Shown here: positions 1 to 8,886 of the stretch, one piece after another
How positions within the stretch are numbered: the stretch's first letter is position 1
How the letters are laid out: every line of letters starts with the position of its first letter
Assembly (NCBI GenBank): GCA_028823395.1
Contig: JAPKBO010000001.1
Coordinates: 4,920-68,919 of the forward strand
Source: Planctomycetota bacterium
GTDB taxonomy: Bacteria > Planctomycetota > UBA1135 > GCA-002686595
Reading direction: 5' to 3'
Length of the DNA stretch: 64,000 bases
Made by a program: the position numbers and the translations under genes
The notes under the pieces: model-generated
The model's input: only the letters and a program-made list of their open reading frames with translations
The model's database searches: none
Told to the model about the DNA's origin: nothing

Positions 1-1187
1 GGTGAGAGTATGGACACGCAAGCGAGAGCCAGGGCGCCGGCATTTACCCAGACCGAGGCCTGCTCGACGAAGTCACCTCCGCCGCCATATCCCCCCCACC
101 CTGGCAGCCCGTGAATTCCGGGAAGGAAGAGGAGCATGCGTCCGCCGTGCCCGCTATTGAGAGTCACGAGCCAAAGGCTCGCCACCAAAATGAGTCCTCC
201 AAGGATTCTTCCGCCCAGCACACGCGGACCCGCGTTACGGCGCATCAGGCCCGTGCCCAGGGATACCAACGCGATCAGACGTATCCCCCGACCGATACCT
301 GAGACTGCCGGGGACTCCATACCCTGCCGAGCAAGGCGCGCGCCCGAGTGGGCCAGATACTCCACAAAAGGAAAAATCGATGGGGCCGCAAGCATCAAGC
401 CGAATCCAAGGAACAAGCCCGCGCGACGACCCGCCACACGATCCGTCAGATACAGACGCGCCGCCCACAGCGAAGCTGCGCCGAGACAGAAAAAGGCCGT
501 CTCCGGATGCCCGCCGAGCCAGGTAAGGAGTACGGCGATCGAAATACCCAGCGGCGCCCAGCGGCGGCCCCCAAGCGCCACGCGCTCAATGGTCCACAAG
601 AGCCAGGGTAGGACAGGTGCCACGTGGCCCAGGCTGTGGCCCAGCCAACCCACCACAAAGCCGGAGGTTTGGAAAGTGATCGCCACGAGCGCGGCACCAC
701 TCACGGACAATCCCAAGGCGCGCGCCAAAAGCCAGGCGCCCAACCCTGCGGCGAACAGACGGCCCAGGGCGAGCCATGCCAAACCGCGGTCGAAAGCGTC
801 TCGTCCTCCCAAGCGCTCCAGCAATCCCAAGAACATTACCTGTGGGTCGAGCACGCCCCATTGCGGGTTGGCAAGCGCAGGCACTCCGGCGTGGATGTCC
901 GGGTTCCAAAGAGTGATCTCACCTCTCGCCCAACGCTCGGCAACCTGTCTATAGGCCGGGTAGAAGACCATGCCTTGATCGGACAGGTCGGGCGCTGGAG
1001 TAGCGCTGGGTGCCTCCGGGAGCACCGCGCTCCAGGGCAAATGCCGCGCAGGCTGGTGGAGAGCCAGCTGCACCTGCCCCGCATCCCACAGGGATGGACC
1101 GACCTGAACGCAGGCGAGAACCAGCAAGAACAGCGTGGCCCAGCGTGTGGGCCGGGATTGCCTGATGACGAGGGGCGGGGAATCCAT
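1..1187 (-). CDS. polytopic inner-membrane protein, truncated at its 3' end by the window edge (possible GT-C-like partner of the divergent GT2)
   Basis: Absent from the ORF track because it has no stop in the window. My reverse-complement reading from the ATG (complement of 1185-1187) gives MDSPPLVIRQSRPTRWATLFLLVLACVQ... and stays open to position 1; I spot-checked 1-60 and 301-360. It has many hydrophobic helices (LAWLALGRLFAAGLGAWLLARALGL, PLGISIAVLLTWLGG). The + strand ORFs 136..954 and 348..611 are its antisense shadows. Confidence 0.6.
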   Translation of the reverse strand, partial: MDSPPLVIRQSRPTRWATLFLLVLACVQVGPSLWDAGQVQLALHQPARHLPWSAVLPEAPSATPAPDLSDQGMVFYPAYRQVAERWARGEITLWNPDIHAGVPALANPQWGVLDPQVMFLGLLERLGGRDAFDRGLAWLALGRLFAAGLGAWLLARALGLSVSGAALVAITFQTSGFVVGWLGHSLGHVAPVLPWLLWTIERVALGGRRWAPLGISIAVLLTWLGGHPETAFFCLGAASLWAARLYLTDRVAGRRAGLFLGFGLMLAAPSIFPFVEYLAHSGARLARQGMESPAVSGIGRGIRLIALVSLGTGLMRRNAGPRVLGGRILGGLILVASLWLVTLNSGHGGRMLLFLPGIHGLPGWGGYGGGGDFVEQASVWVNAGALALACVSILS

Positions 1188-1259
1188 CGGAGGAATATGA
1201 TTGGAAGCGCGCGCCTCCAGCGACGATGCTGCCGATCCGAGACGCCGAATACCACTTTC

Positions 1260-2192
1260 ATGACTGCCTCACACCTCACTCTCAGCTCCTCCGCTGCCGG
1301 AGTCCCATCAGAGGGTCCTCCCAAGCTGAGCATCGTGCTGCCGGTTTACGACGAAGAGGCCGTCTTGAGCCCTTCCATAGAGCGACTTCTCGCCACTCTC
1401 AGGGAATGGCACCTAGAACTGCTAATTGTGGATGACGGCTCACGGGACGGGAGCGCAGAGATCGCGCGCCACTGGTCCGAACGTGACTCCAGAGTGCGAC
1501 TGGTGCAGTTGAACCAGAATATGGGCAAGGGCGCAGCTGTACGGGCCGGCCTGGCAGCGGCGCGCGGAAAATGGATGCTAGTCACCGACGCGGACCTCTC
1601 AGCGGATCCCGCCTGCGCCTGCGACCTGCTCAATGCCCTCGAAAGCGGGGCCGACCTGGCCTTCGGCTCTCGCCGGGCGAAGGGCGCCCAGTTGCTAAAT
1701 CGACAGCCCCGTCTCCGGGAGGAGTTAGGACGCGGATTCACAGCCATGACCAACGCCCTCTTCGGCTTGGGCCTCGGAGACCTAACCTGCGGATTCAAGG
1801 CCCTTGGACGCCCCGCGACTGAGGCCCTCCTGAGGTCCACACAGGTGAATGGCTGGGCCTTTGACGTGGAGTGGGCCGTGTGCGCACGGGCCCACGGGCT
1901 CCGCCTAGTGGAGATCCCCGTGCGCTGGGGCCACCAGCAAGACAGTAAGGTGCGCGTGGCCCACGCCGTTCTCACGTCCCTCGTAGACCTGTTCCGTATC
2001 TGGTGCCGGAGGCACAGTGGCCACTATGGAGCGCCAGGGAAGGAAACAGGACCTTTACGCGATAGGAGTGATCCTCCGACACGTGAACCCCGTATGAAGG
2101 GTTCAGTCTCCCCCTCGGAGCAGCCCCCCCTGCCACACGAGAGCGACCTCGTTACCATTCCTACGTCCTACACGCCCATGCACCATGCCTGA
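1260..2192 (+). CDS. family 2 glycosyltransferase (polyprenyl-phosphate sugar transferase-like, DPM1/ArnC type)
   Basis: Carries LSIVLPVYDEE...LLIVDDGSRDGS...VTDADLSADP, the typical GT2 DxD architecture. The tracked ORF 624..2192 is trimmed to the in-frame ATG at 1260 (MTASHL). An ATG at 1197 is an alternative start. Confidence 0.8.
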   Translation: MTASHLTLSSSAAGVPSEGPPKLSIVLPVYDEEAVLSPSIERLLATLREWHLELLIVDDGSRDGSAEIARHWSERDSRVRLVQLNQNMGKGAAVRAGLAAARGKWMLVTDADLSADPACACDLLNALESGADLAFGSRRAKGAQLLNRQPRLREELGRGFTAMTNALFGLGLGDLTCGFKALGRPATEALLRSTQVNGWAFDVEWAVCARAHGLRLVEIPVRWGHQQDSKVRVAHAVLTSLVDLFRIWCRRHSGHYGAPGKETGPLRDRSDPPTREPRMKGSVSPSEQPPLPHESDLVTIPTSYTPMHHA

Positions 2193-2934
2193 CCCCAATT
2201 CTCAAGCCTCCGCTTCCCAAGAGTCCACTTCCGCCAAGAACGCTGCGGCCAAGACCGTGCTCGTCATCGAGGACGAGCAGGCCCTGGCGCTGGGCTTGCG
2301 CGATGCACTGGAGCATGCCGGCTACAACGCCCACCTCTGCCTCGACGGCGCCGCGGCCGCAGGGGCGATCGCCGAGCACAACCCAGACCTGCTGGTGTTG
2401 GATTTGATGCTGCCGGGGAAGAACGGCCTCGATGTGCTCCGCGACCTGCGCGCGGCCGGCAACAAGATCCGCGTTCTCATCCTGTCCGCGCTGGCATCCG
2501 AAGAGGACCTGCTCGTCGGATTCCAACTGGGTGCCGACGACTACATGAAGAAACCGTTCTCGCCGCGCGAGCTCCTCGCGCGGGTGGAGGCACAGTTCCG
2601 TCGCGTCGAGCTCGACACGACGCCGCCAGAGATGCTGGAGCTGCCGGGGGACATCCGCGTGGATCTGGCGCGCCTTGAGGTACACCGTGATGGCAAAGTC
2701 CAGGCACTCACTCCGCGTGAGGGCGACATGCTCACCTACCTCATCACCAATCGCGACCGGGTCGTCACTCGTGATGATCTCCTCCTCGACGTGTGGCACT
2801 ACAAGAGCGCCAATGTGGAAACACGTACGGTGGATATTCACATTGTCGGCCTACGCCGCAAGGTGGAACCCAACCCCTCCGAGCCGACGCTCATACAGAC
2901 CGTGCGTGGTAAGGGCTATCGGTGGTACAGCTGA
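2185..2934 (+). CDS. OmpR/PhoB-family response regulator (receiver plus winged helix)
   Basis: Receiver motifs VLVIEDE, LLVLDLMLPGKNG and DDYMKKPF. C-terminal TPREGDMLTYL...TRTVDIHIVGLRRK...VRGKGYRW. Overlaps the GT2 stop by 8 nt. Confidence 0.9.
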   Translation: MPDPNSQASASQESTSAKNAAAKTVLVIEDEQALALGLRDALEHAGYNAHLCLDGAAAAGAIAEHNPDLLVLDLMLPGKNGLDVLRDLRAAGNKIRVLILSALASEEDLLVGFQLGADDYMKKPFSPRELLARVEAQFRRVELDTTPPEMLELPGDIRVDLARLEVHRDGKVQALTPREGDMLTYLITNRDRVVTRDDLLLDVWHYKSANVETRTVDIHIVGLRRKVEPNPSEPTLIQTVRGKGYRWYS

Positions 2935-4868
2935 GCCAAGCGGCGACGCCTGCTCCGCATCCGACCCGAGCCATCCGCACGGACAGACGGGCACTCCTGC
3001 TCTATACGGTATTGGTTCTCGTGCCCGCACTGGTGCTCGGGGGTCTGCTCTTCTCGCAGCTTCTGAGTAGCCACTCCAACCAATTGGCGCAGCTCCCCAG
3101 GGAGGTGCGCGATAGTGCGGCGCGCCTGCGATCGGGTATAGAAAGCCGCTTGCGAGATCTCATCGCTCGGGAGGACGCGCGCGAGTTCTATCACTACCAC
3201 CAAGACTACTGGGAAAAGGGGACGATCCTGGGAGCTGAAGGCCGCCCCACCTTGGCACCGATCACCTCCAATCTGGCCCTCAAGCTGCGGCCCCCCGGAG
3301 TGCTGGCCTGGTTCTCCTGGAATCTGACCCAAGAGGGCGACCAGGAGCCGTTGCTCCTGCGCGGTCGGCCGCAAGTCCCCCACGGGCTCACGAGTGAACA
3401 GGAGGTGGACCTGTGGTCTGCGGAGGCCATGCGCGGGCTGGATCAGCAGGACTTCGTCCGCGATGTACTCATGTGGCACGAGTCCCAGCAGCCCTTCGAA
3501 GCCTTCAGCGACGAGTTCCACGGCGCTGAAACAAGCGTGGGAGAGCCCTTCCCCATCGAGCTCCTCGCACTCAACCTCGGATCGCGCCGAGACCCCGCCT
3601 GCCTCAACGCCGACATCGGCCTGCTGCGCCGCAGTATCGGAGATCTACAGACTCTGCGTGTTCACACCGGCCCCCTCCGGCTCGAAGGCCGCCACGACAA
3701 GCAGGGACAGCTGAGACTAATCGCCATCCGCAAGGTCTTCGTCGAGCCTCTTCCGGCTCTGATTCCCATCCCCACGTGCTTTGCGGGGTTGGGCCAGGAC
3801 ACGATCCTCGTACAGGGCTTTGAGTTGGATAGTGAGTGGTTCCTGAATGAACTCCCGAATGCCGAGGCCCTGCGCATCCTGGGGCCCAGTATAAAAATGT
3901 TCGGTCCCAAGGATAAATGGGACAAGGGATCAGCGGATTACGTCACGTCGCGCTTCAACCTGTTCGAGGAGTTGGACGTGGCGTTGGACGATGAGTTGGA
4001 CTTCGAGAAAGCCTGGGTGGAGGTAGCCTTTCCCAGCAGCGAATTGCGCAGGCGTCTGCGCACCACACTCGCCTCCCTGCTGGGAGTCGGGACGATCATG
4101 ATTATCTCCTTGGTGGTGGGTGTGCGACTGCTACGCTCAAGTGTCCAGAAATCCCAGGAACGCGCTCGCCGCACGGAAAATTTCGTAGCCGCCGTGACCC
4201 ACGAACTGCGCACACCCCTGGCCTCGGTCAAGCTGTATAGCGAAATGCTGCGGGACGGGTGGGCAGATAATGAGCAGAAACGCGCAGACTACCTGCAACG
4301 CATCGTGAGGGAAACTAACCGGCTCGACACGCTGGTAGATGGTCTCCTGGAGTCGAGACGATTGGCCGACATGGAGGCCACGCCCGAGCCCGGATCACTC
4401 AACGAGGCGGTGCAAGCCACCATGCCCGAACTCAAGATGACCGATGGCACCGAAGCCACCGACATCACCTTCAACCTCCAAGAGGATCTCCCTCCCGTCC
4501 TCATGGAAGAAGGGGCCGTACGGGGCATCCTGGTCAACTTGGTTGAAAACGCACGCAAGTACGCTCCGGTTGAAAAGGGCACAGCTCCGCTCGAGGTACG
4601 GACCAGCCTCGATCGCCGCGGGCGGGTCCTGCTAGAAGTGGCGGACCGAGGGCCGGGTATTCCGTCCAGCGAGCGCGGCCGCATCTTTGATGCCTTCTAC
4701 CGAGTGGGCGACGAGAGCACGCGCACGACCCACGGCACGGGCCTGGGACTACACCTGGTGCAGATGCATGTTGATGCCATTCGCGCGCGCGTTCGGGTCA
4801 CCCCACGCAAGGGCGGAGGTTCAATCTTCCAGGTCACTCTCCGCAGCACGCCCTCGAAGATCTCATGA
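2922..4868 (+). CDS. sensor histidine kinase with an about 330-aa periplasmic domain
   Basis: GTG start overlapping the regulator gene by 13 nt. Two TM helices (LLLYTVLVLVPALVLGGLLF; LLGVGTIMIISLVVGV). H-box AAVTHELRTPLASV, N-box NLVENARKYAP, G-boxes DRGPGIP and GTGLGLHLV. Confidence 0.9.
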   Translation: MVQLSQAATPAPHPTRAIRTDRRALLLYTVLVLVPALVLGGLLFSQLLSSHSNQLAQLPREVRDSAARLRSGIESRLRDLIAREDAREFYHYHQDYWEKGTILGAEGRPTLAPITSNLALKLRPPGVLAWFSWNLTQEGDQEPLLLRGRPQVPHGLTSEQEVDLWSAEAMRGLDQQDFVRDVLMWHESQQPFEAFSDEFHGAETSVGEPFPIELLALNLGSRRDPACLNADIGLLRRSIGDLQTLRVHTGPLRLEGRHDKQGQLRLIAIRKVFVEPLPALIPIPTCFAGLGQDTILVQGFELDSEWFLNELPNAEALRILGPSIKMFGPKDKWDKGSADYVTSRFNLFEELDVALDDELDFEKAWVEVAFPSSELRRRLRTTLASLLGVGTIMIISLVVGVRLLRSSVQKSQERARRTENFVAAVTHELRTPLASVKLYSEMLRDGWADNEQKRADYLQRIVRETNRLDTLVDGLLESRRLADMEATPEPGSLNEAVQATMPELKMTDGTEATDITFNLQEDLPPVLMEEGAVRGILVNLVENARKYAPVEKGTAPLEVRTSLDRRGRVLLEVADRGPGIPSSERGRIFDAFYRVGDESTRTTHGTGLGLHLVQMHVDAIRARVRVTPRKGGGSIFQVTLRSTPSKIS

Positions 4869-5776
4869 GCGTGCGACAGCTCTCCGACTCACCCTCCGCC
4901 CCCCTTCGGGATACCGCCTGCCCCATGTGCGGCGGAACCCAACGCCGCTCGCGTTTTCAGGAGCCGCCGTTCGGGGTATGGCTGTGCACGAGCTGCGACC
5001 TGACCTACGTGAGTCCGCGCATGGCGGACGACGATCTCCTGCAAGAGGTCTACGATGCCACCTACTGGACCTCCCCCACTCCACGCCTGCGCGGCTACCG
5101 GGACTACCTGGGTGACGGTGAATTGATCGCCGAAACTTTCCGCCGGCGCTTACGCGGCCTGGCCCAACACCTGCCCCAGCCCGGCACCGTGCTGGACGTG
5201 GGCTGTGCGGCGGGAGGCTTCCTGCAAGTGATGGAAAAAGCGGGCTGGCAGATCCAGGGCCTCGAGCCTTCGGAGACCATGCACAGAGTCGCCAACGAAC
5301 GCCTGGGACCCGAGCGCGTCCGCGCCGGAGGCATGGAGTGCCTGAAGGAGGGCGAGCTCTTCGACCTGATAACCTTCTGGGACGTGCTCGAACACCTACC
5401 CCAACCTCCGGAAGCCCTTGCTCAAGCGGCTTCGCATCTGGCCCCCGGCGGCAAGATCCTGGTCTTGACCCAGAACGTGGCCAGCCCCTTCGCACGCCTC
5501 CTGGGCCGTCGCTGGCAGCATTACAAACACCTCGAGCATCTCGCTCACTTCCACCGCGGCACTCTAAAGGCGGCCATAGAAGGAGCAGGGTTCAGCATTG
5601 AGACCATGGGGCCGCGTCACACGGGCAAGCTGATTCGGCTGGACTTCCTCGTCGAACGTTCCGCGCGCATCTCGCCCCTCTTGGAGCGCGCCCTGCGGCC
5701 GCTTCTGCGGCTTGGCAATCCATCCTTCTACTGCAACCCGATGGACGAACTGGTAGCCGTGGCCAGCCGCTGCTGA
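4865..5776 (+). CDS. class I SAM-dependent methyltransferase with N-terminal zinc ribbon
   Basis: CPMCGG...CTSCDLTYVSP followed by VLDVGCAAGGFL (motif I) and FDLITFWDVLEHL. ATGA overlap with the kinase stop. Confidence 0.8.
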   Translation: MSVRQLSDSPSAPLRDTACPMCGGTQRRSRFQEPPFGVWLCTSCDLTYVSPRMADDDLLQEVYDATYWTSPTPRLRGYRDYLGDGELIAETFRRRLRGLAQHLPQPGTVLDVGCAAGGFLQVMEKAGWQIQGLEPSETMHRVANERLGPERVRAGGMECLKEGELFDLITFWDVLEHLPQPPEALAQAASHLAPGGKILVLTQNVASPFARLLGRRWQHYKHLEHLAHFHRGTLKAAIEGAGFSIETMGPRHTGKLIRLDFLVERSARISPLLERALRPLLRLGNPSFYCNPMDELVAVASRC

Positions 5777-6543
5777 TGGACGCTCTAGCGTCCAGGCAGC
5801 TGGCCGAACTGGAGGCCCACCACTGGTGGTTCCGTGGTCGGCATGCTCTGTGTATGGCCCTGGAAGAGGCCACGCGTAACGGCCAGCCCACAGGCCGTGT
5901 GTTGGACGCAGGCGCGGGGGTCGGTGGATTCCTCGACAGCCTGAGTCCGGTCGGCACTCAACTCCACTATCTCGATGCCAGCGCCACGCACGTGCAAGCC
6001 TGTCGAATGCGTGGTCACGAAGGTGGAGTGCAAGCCGATTCGCAGCGCCTACCGTTTGCAGCGGAAGCGTTCGACCTGGTGTGCCTCTTCGACGTGCTCG
6101 AACATCTCGACGACGACGGCGCGGCCATGCTGGAGGTGCAGCGTGTTCTGCGCCCCGGTGGCCGGGTACTGATCCACGTCCCGGCTCATCCCATTCTGTT
6201 CGCACAGAACGATCAGGTCTCGGGTCATCGACGCCGCTACACGAGGAGGCGCCTGCGTCGGGTGGTTGAGGAAGCAGGGTTGGACGTGCAGCGCCTAAGC
6301 GGCAGTGACCTTCTGCTCCTGCCCCTGATCGCCCCGGCAATCCTGACCCTCAAGGTCTTGGAAGGCCTGGGCCTCGGCCGGCGTAAGACGCACACCAATC
6401 TGAGTTGGACGATGCCCACCTGGGTCAACGGACTCTGCGGGTGGTTGTACGGGCTCGAGGCCAAATGGGTCAAACGCTTCGACCTGCCCACGGGCCACTC
6501 CCTCGCGCTGGTCGCGCGCCTCAGTCCGAAAGACAGGCGCTAG
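5776..6543 (+). CDS. class I SAM-dependent methyltransferase
   Basis: VLDAGAGVGGFL, FDLVCLFDVLEHLDDD and LRPGGRVLIHVP. TGATG overlap with the upstream methyltransferase. Confidence 0.8.
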   Translation: MDALASRQLAELEAHHWWFRGRHALCMALEEATRNGQPTGRVLDAGAGVGGFLDSLSPVGTQLHYLDASATHVQACRMRGHEGGVQADSQRLPFAAEAFDLVCLFDVLEHLDDDGAAMLEVQRVLRPGGRVLIHVPAHPILFAQNDQVSGHRRRYTRRRLRRVVEEAGLDVQRLSGSDLLLLPLIAPAILTLKVLEGLGLGRRKTHTNLSWTMPTWVNGLCGWLYGLEAKWVKRFDLPTGHSLALVARLSPKDRR

Positions 6544-6545
6544 GA

Positions 6546-8747
6546 CTACTGCGTCGAATCGCTGGCAGGATCCACTTCGGCTTCGGCTTCGGCTTCGGCC
6601 TCGTCTGCGGCCTCGGCTGCCGCCCGATTCCAAGGATCAAAGTCCACCTTGAACCGATCAATGAACCACTCGCTGTTGAAGCGGAAAAGTGAATCTCCCA
6701 GGAGACTGGCATTCTGGCCCGCGACCTGCTGACGCAGACTCAGGAGGTCGGCCGCCTTCATCTCGTCGATGGGCCTGTCCCGCTTGCCTGAATAGCGCAC
6801 CAAAATGGCGTGGGTATTCTCGGCGTTGGCCACGGCGGCGGGCACCTGCCCAGCCTCCAACTCGAACCAGTCGGGGTTCACCCGGATGGTCTTGTCTGCG
6901 GCAGTCATGGCGTCGTAGTCGTCGCCCGGCACCTCAAACTGCTCCAACCAGGGGCGGTTCACCATCTCGAAGCCACCGTCAGTCAGCAGCGCATTGAAGG
7001 CAGCCTCGTCTGAGTTAGGAAGCCACGGGGACGGCTCGTCATCCAGAGCTGTGGCATCCGCGGTGGAATCGACGGCGTCATCCGCGGTGTTATCCGCGGT
7101 GTCATCGGTCGAGTCCTCCTCGGTCGTAGGGCGCTCGCCCAATCCATCACGGAGACCTTCAAGGGTCTCCACAGCCAGATTCACGGCGCGCTCTTGGGCC
7201 CACTCCTCACCCACAGCCTCGCGGATCTGAGCGATGGGAGGTTCCTGACGGGCCACCTTGCTGGTCAATTGCCCAGCGATGATGGCACCCTCTTCAAGGA
7301 TCACCGAGGAAAGCAGGTCACCTTCGAGAGCGTAGGTGAATTGGTTGGAGAGGAACTTGCCGCCCCAGCCCTCCTGTTCTTCCAGTTGCGCCCGGGTCAA
7401 GGGCTCGTCGATACGCACCACCGTGAGCCCTGCGGCCTCGGCCTCGGCGGCGAAATCCAGAGGAGCGTCCTCGGGAGCAGCGCTCATGCGCATGCGCAGG
7501 TCCCCAAACCACGCGGTCAGCGCGGCGTGCAGGGGCGCTTCGCGCAGGCACTGCTCAGACACTTCCTCGAAGGGCTTGTAGAGGGGAACTTCTATTGGCT
7601 CGTCCGCGGCCAATTCTTCTCCTGAGTCCACCGCCACATCTTCCTGGATGGCGTCCTCCGTCTCCTGCGTATCTTCGGCGACCTCAGCAGCCCCCTCGTC
7701 ATCCTGGGGAGCAGGGGCCGGGAAGTCCTCCGAACCATCCTCTTCGGGAGCTTCATCCAAAGGGGCGGGCTCGCCCTCATCGGGTGCAGCAGCATCCTCG
7801 ATAGGCACCTCGTTCTTGAAGCGCACGTTATTGAAGCGGTTGTAGTAGCTACGTGCCTGAACTTCGGGGTCCAAGCCTTCCGGTGCCGGGAAGCGCTCCA
7901 GGAGTGTAGTCGCGTCGAAGGGTGTATCGAGGCTGGCGTAGGCCACCATGCCACTAAAGCTCTCTTCGGTGAAGTGCACTTGCTGCTGGAACAGGGGCTT
8001 AGCGTGGAACCACTCGAGCAAGTCCTCGTCTGCCGGCAGGGCGGCGCGCGCTTGATCTAGATACTTGGCGCCCTCGACCTCGGTGTACTGAAATGCGTAC
8101 TGGGGATGTTGCTCATTCCAAAGCACCTCCACGTCATCGGCATCAGCACCCGCCGTGGCACCCATAGCCAAGAAACTCATCAGCTTGGCCACGCGCAAGT
8201 GATCGCGTAGCAGAGCCTCAAAGGCGGGCACGGTCATCCGCCGCTGGCGTGCGAACGCCTGAACGTTATCTCCCGTCTGGAAGGAGTTGACCAGGAACTG
8301 AACGAACTCGCCGTCGCTAACCTCGATGCCCGCGTCTATGGCCATCTGGTCCAGCACTAAAACTAGGCCCGCATCCTCCGGGGACACGCGCGGGCGCCGC
8401 TTGCCTTCTGGCACGTGACGCGGCTGATAGGCCCCTACGGAATGTAGGGTGTCCAGACCGGTGAAGCGCCGCTGGAAGACATCGTATCGCACCTCATGCC
8501 GGATCTCGGTCGTGGGGTCCGTCCAACTCAGATGAACGGGGTTGGTGTCCTCACCTCCAAACGCGCCTCCCGCGACGTCCTGGAAACTGCCGCCCACGGT
8601 GAAGATGAGCAGCACGAAGAGCAGGAGCCCGATGGTGCCGTAGAACTGCCACTTGCTGCGACCCTTGGGGACAATGATCAGATCATCATCGTGGGCCGAG
8701 GAGTCGTGCGAGGAGGAGTCGTGCGAGGTGGAGTCGGCTTGCGGCAT
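6546..8747 (-). CDS. membrane-anchored PpiD/SurA_N-like periplasmic chaperone-like protein with long acidic low-complexity regions
   Basis: Single N-terminal TM (WQFYGTIGLLLFVLLIFTV) and a PpiD-like N-terminal region. Asp/Glu/Ala-rich linkers and an (EA)n C-terminus. Start set at MPQADST (8747); the tracked ORF extends to 8846. The function call is weak, but the CDS itself is well supported by length and coupling. Confidence 0.5.
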   Translation of the reverse strand: MPQADSTSHDSSSHDSSAHDDDLIIVPKGRSKWQFYGTIGLLLFVLLIFTVGGSFQDVAGGAFGGEDTNPVHLSWTDPTTEIRHEVRYDVFQRRFTGLDTLHSVGAYQPRHVPEGKRRPRVSPEDAGLVLVLDQMAIDAGIEVSDGEFVQFLVNSFQTGDNVQAFARQRRMTVPAFEALLRDHLRVAKLMSFLAMGATAGADADDVEVLWNEQHPQYAFQYTEVEGAKYLDQARAALPADEDLLEWFHAKPLFQQQVHFTEESFSGMVAYASLDTPFDATTLLERFPAPEGLDPEVQARSYYNRFNNVRFKNEVPIEDAAAPDEGEPAPLDEAPEEDGSEDFPAPAPQDDEGAAEVAEDTQETEDAIQEDVAVDSGEELAADEPIEVPLYKPFEEVSEQCLREAPLHAALTAWFGDLRMRMSAAPEDAPLDFAAEAEAAGLTVVRIDEPLTRAQLEEQEGWGGKFLSNQFTYALEGDLLSSVILEEGAIIAGQLTSKVARQEPPIAQIREAVGEEWAQERAVNLAVETLEGLRDGLGERPTTEEDSTDDTADNTADDAVDSTADATALDDEPSPWLPNSDEAAFNALLTDGGFEMVNRPWLEQFEVPGDDYDAMTAADKTIRVNPDWFELEAGQVPAAVANAENTHAILVRYSGKRDRPIDEMKAADLLSLRQQVAGQNASLLGDSLFRFNSEWFIDRFKVDFDPWNRAAAEAADEAEAEAEAEVDPASDSTQ
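6575..6598 (-). repeat. tandem hexanucleotide (CTTCGG)x4 encoding (EA)n at the C-terminus of the PpiD-like protein
   Basis: Direct reading: cttcgg cttcgg cttcgg cttcgg, translated on the minus strand as AEAEAEAE. Confidence 0.9.
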
Positions 8748-8886
8748 CGGCTGGACCGTGGACCAGGGGGGTTGCGGGGTGGCGAACCACCCCAGACGGA
8801 AAGATGTGAGATGCAGAGGATACGGGCGAAGCCAGAAGGCTTGCAAGCGGAGTGGGCTATCCCGTGGAAGGCACCCAGTAAGGGGA

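Noticed and set aside
136-954. 272-aa + strand ORF, plus ORFs 111..302, 348..611, 235..468(-), 446..700(-), 586..909(-) and 836..1333(-), in the first 1.3 kb
   Set aside because: The products are Arg/Pro/Ala-rich with no motifs. They all overlap the open minus-strand frame (top position 1187) that encodes a coherent multi-helix membrane protein. These are typical high-GC antisense or off-frame shadows.
624-1259. N-terminal 212-aa extension of the GT2 ORF in the track
   Set aside because: The extension is Gln/Arg/Gly-rich and featureless, and it overlaps the divergent membrane-protein gene. The GT2 fold starts right after the ATG at 1260.
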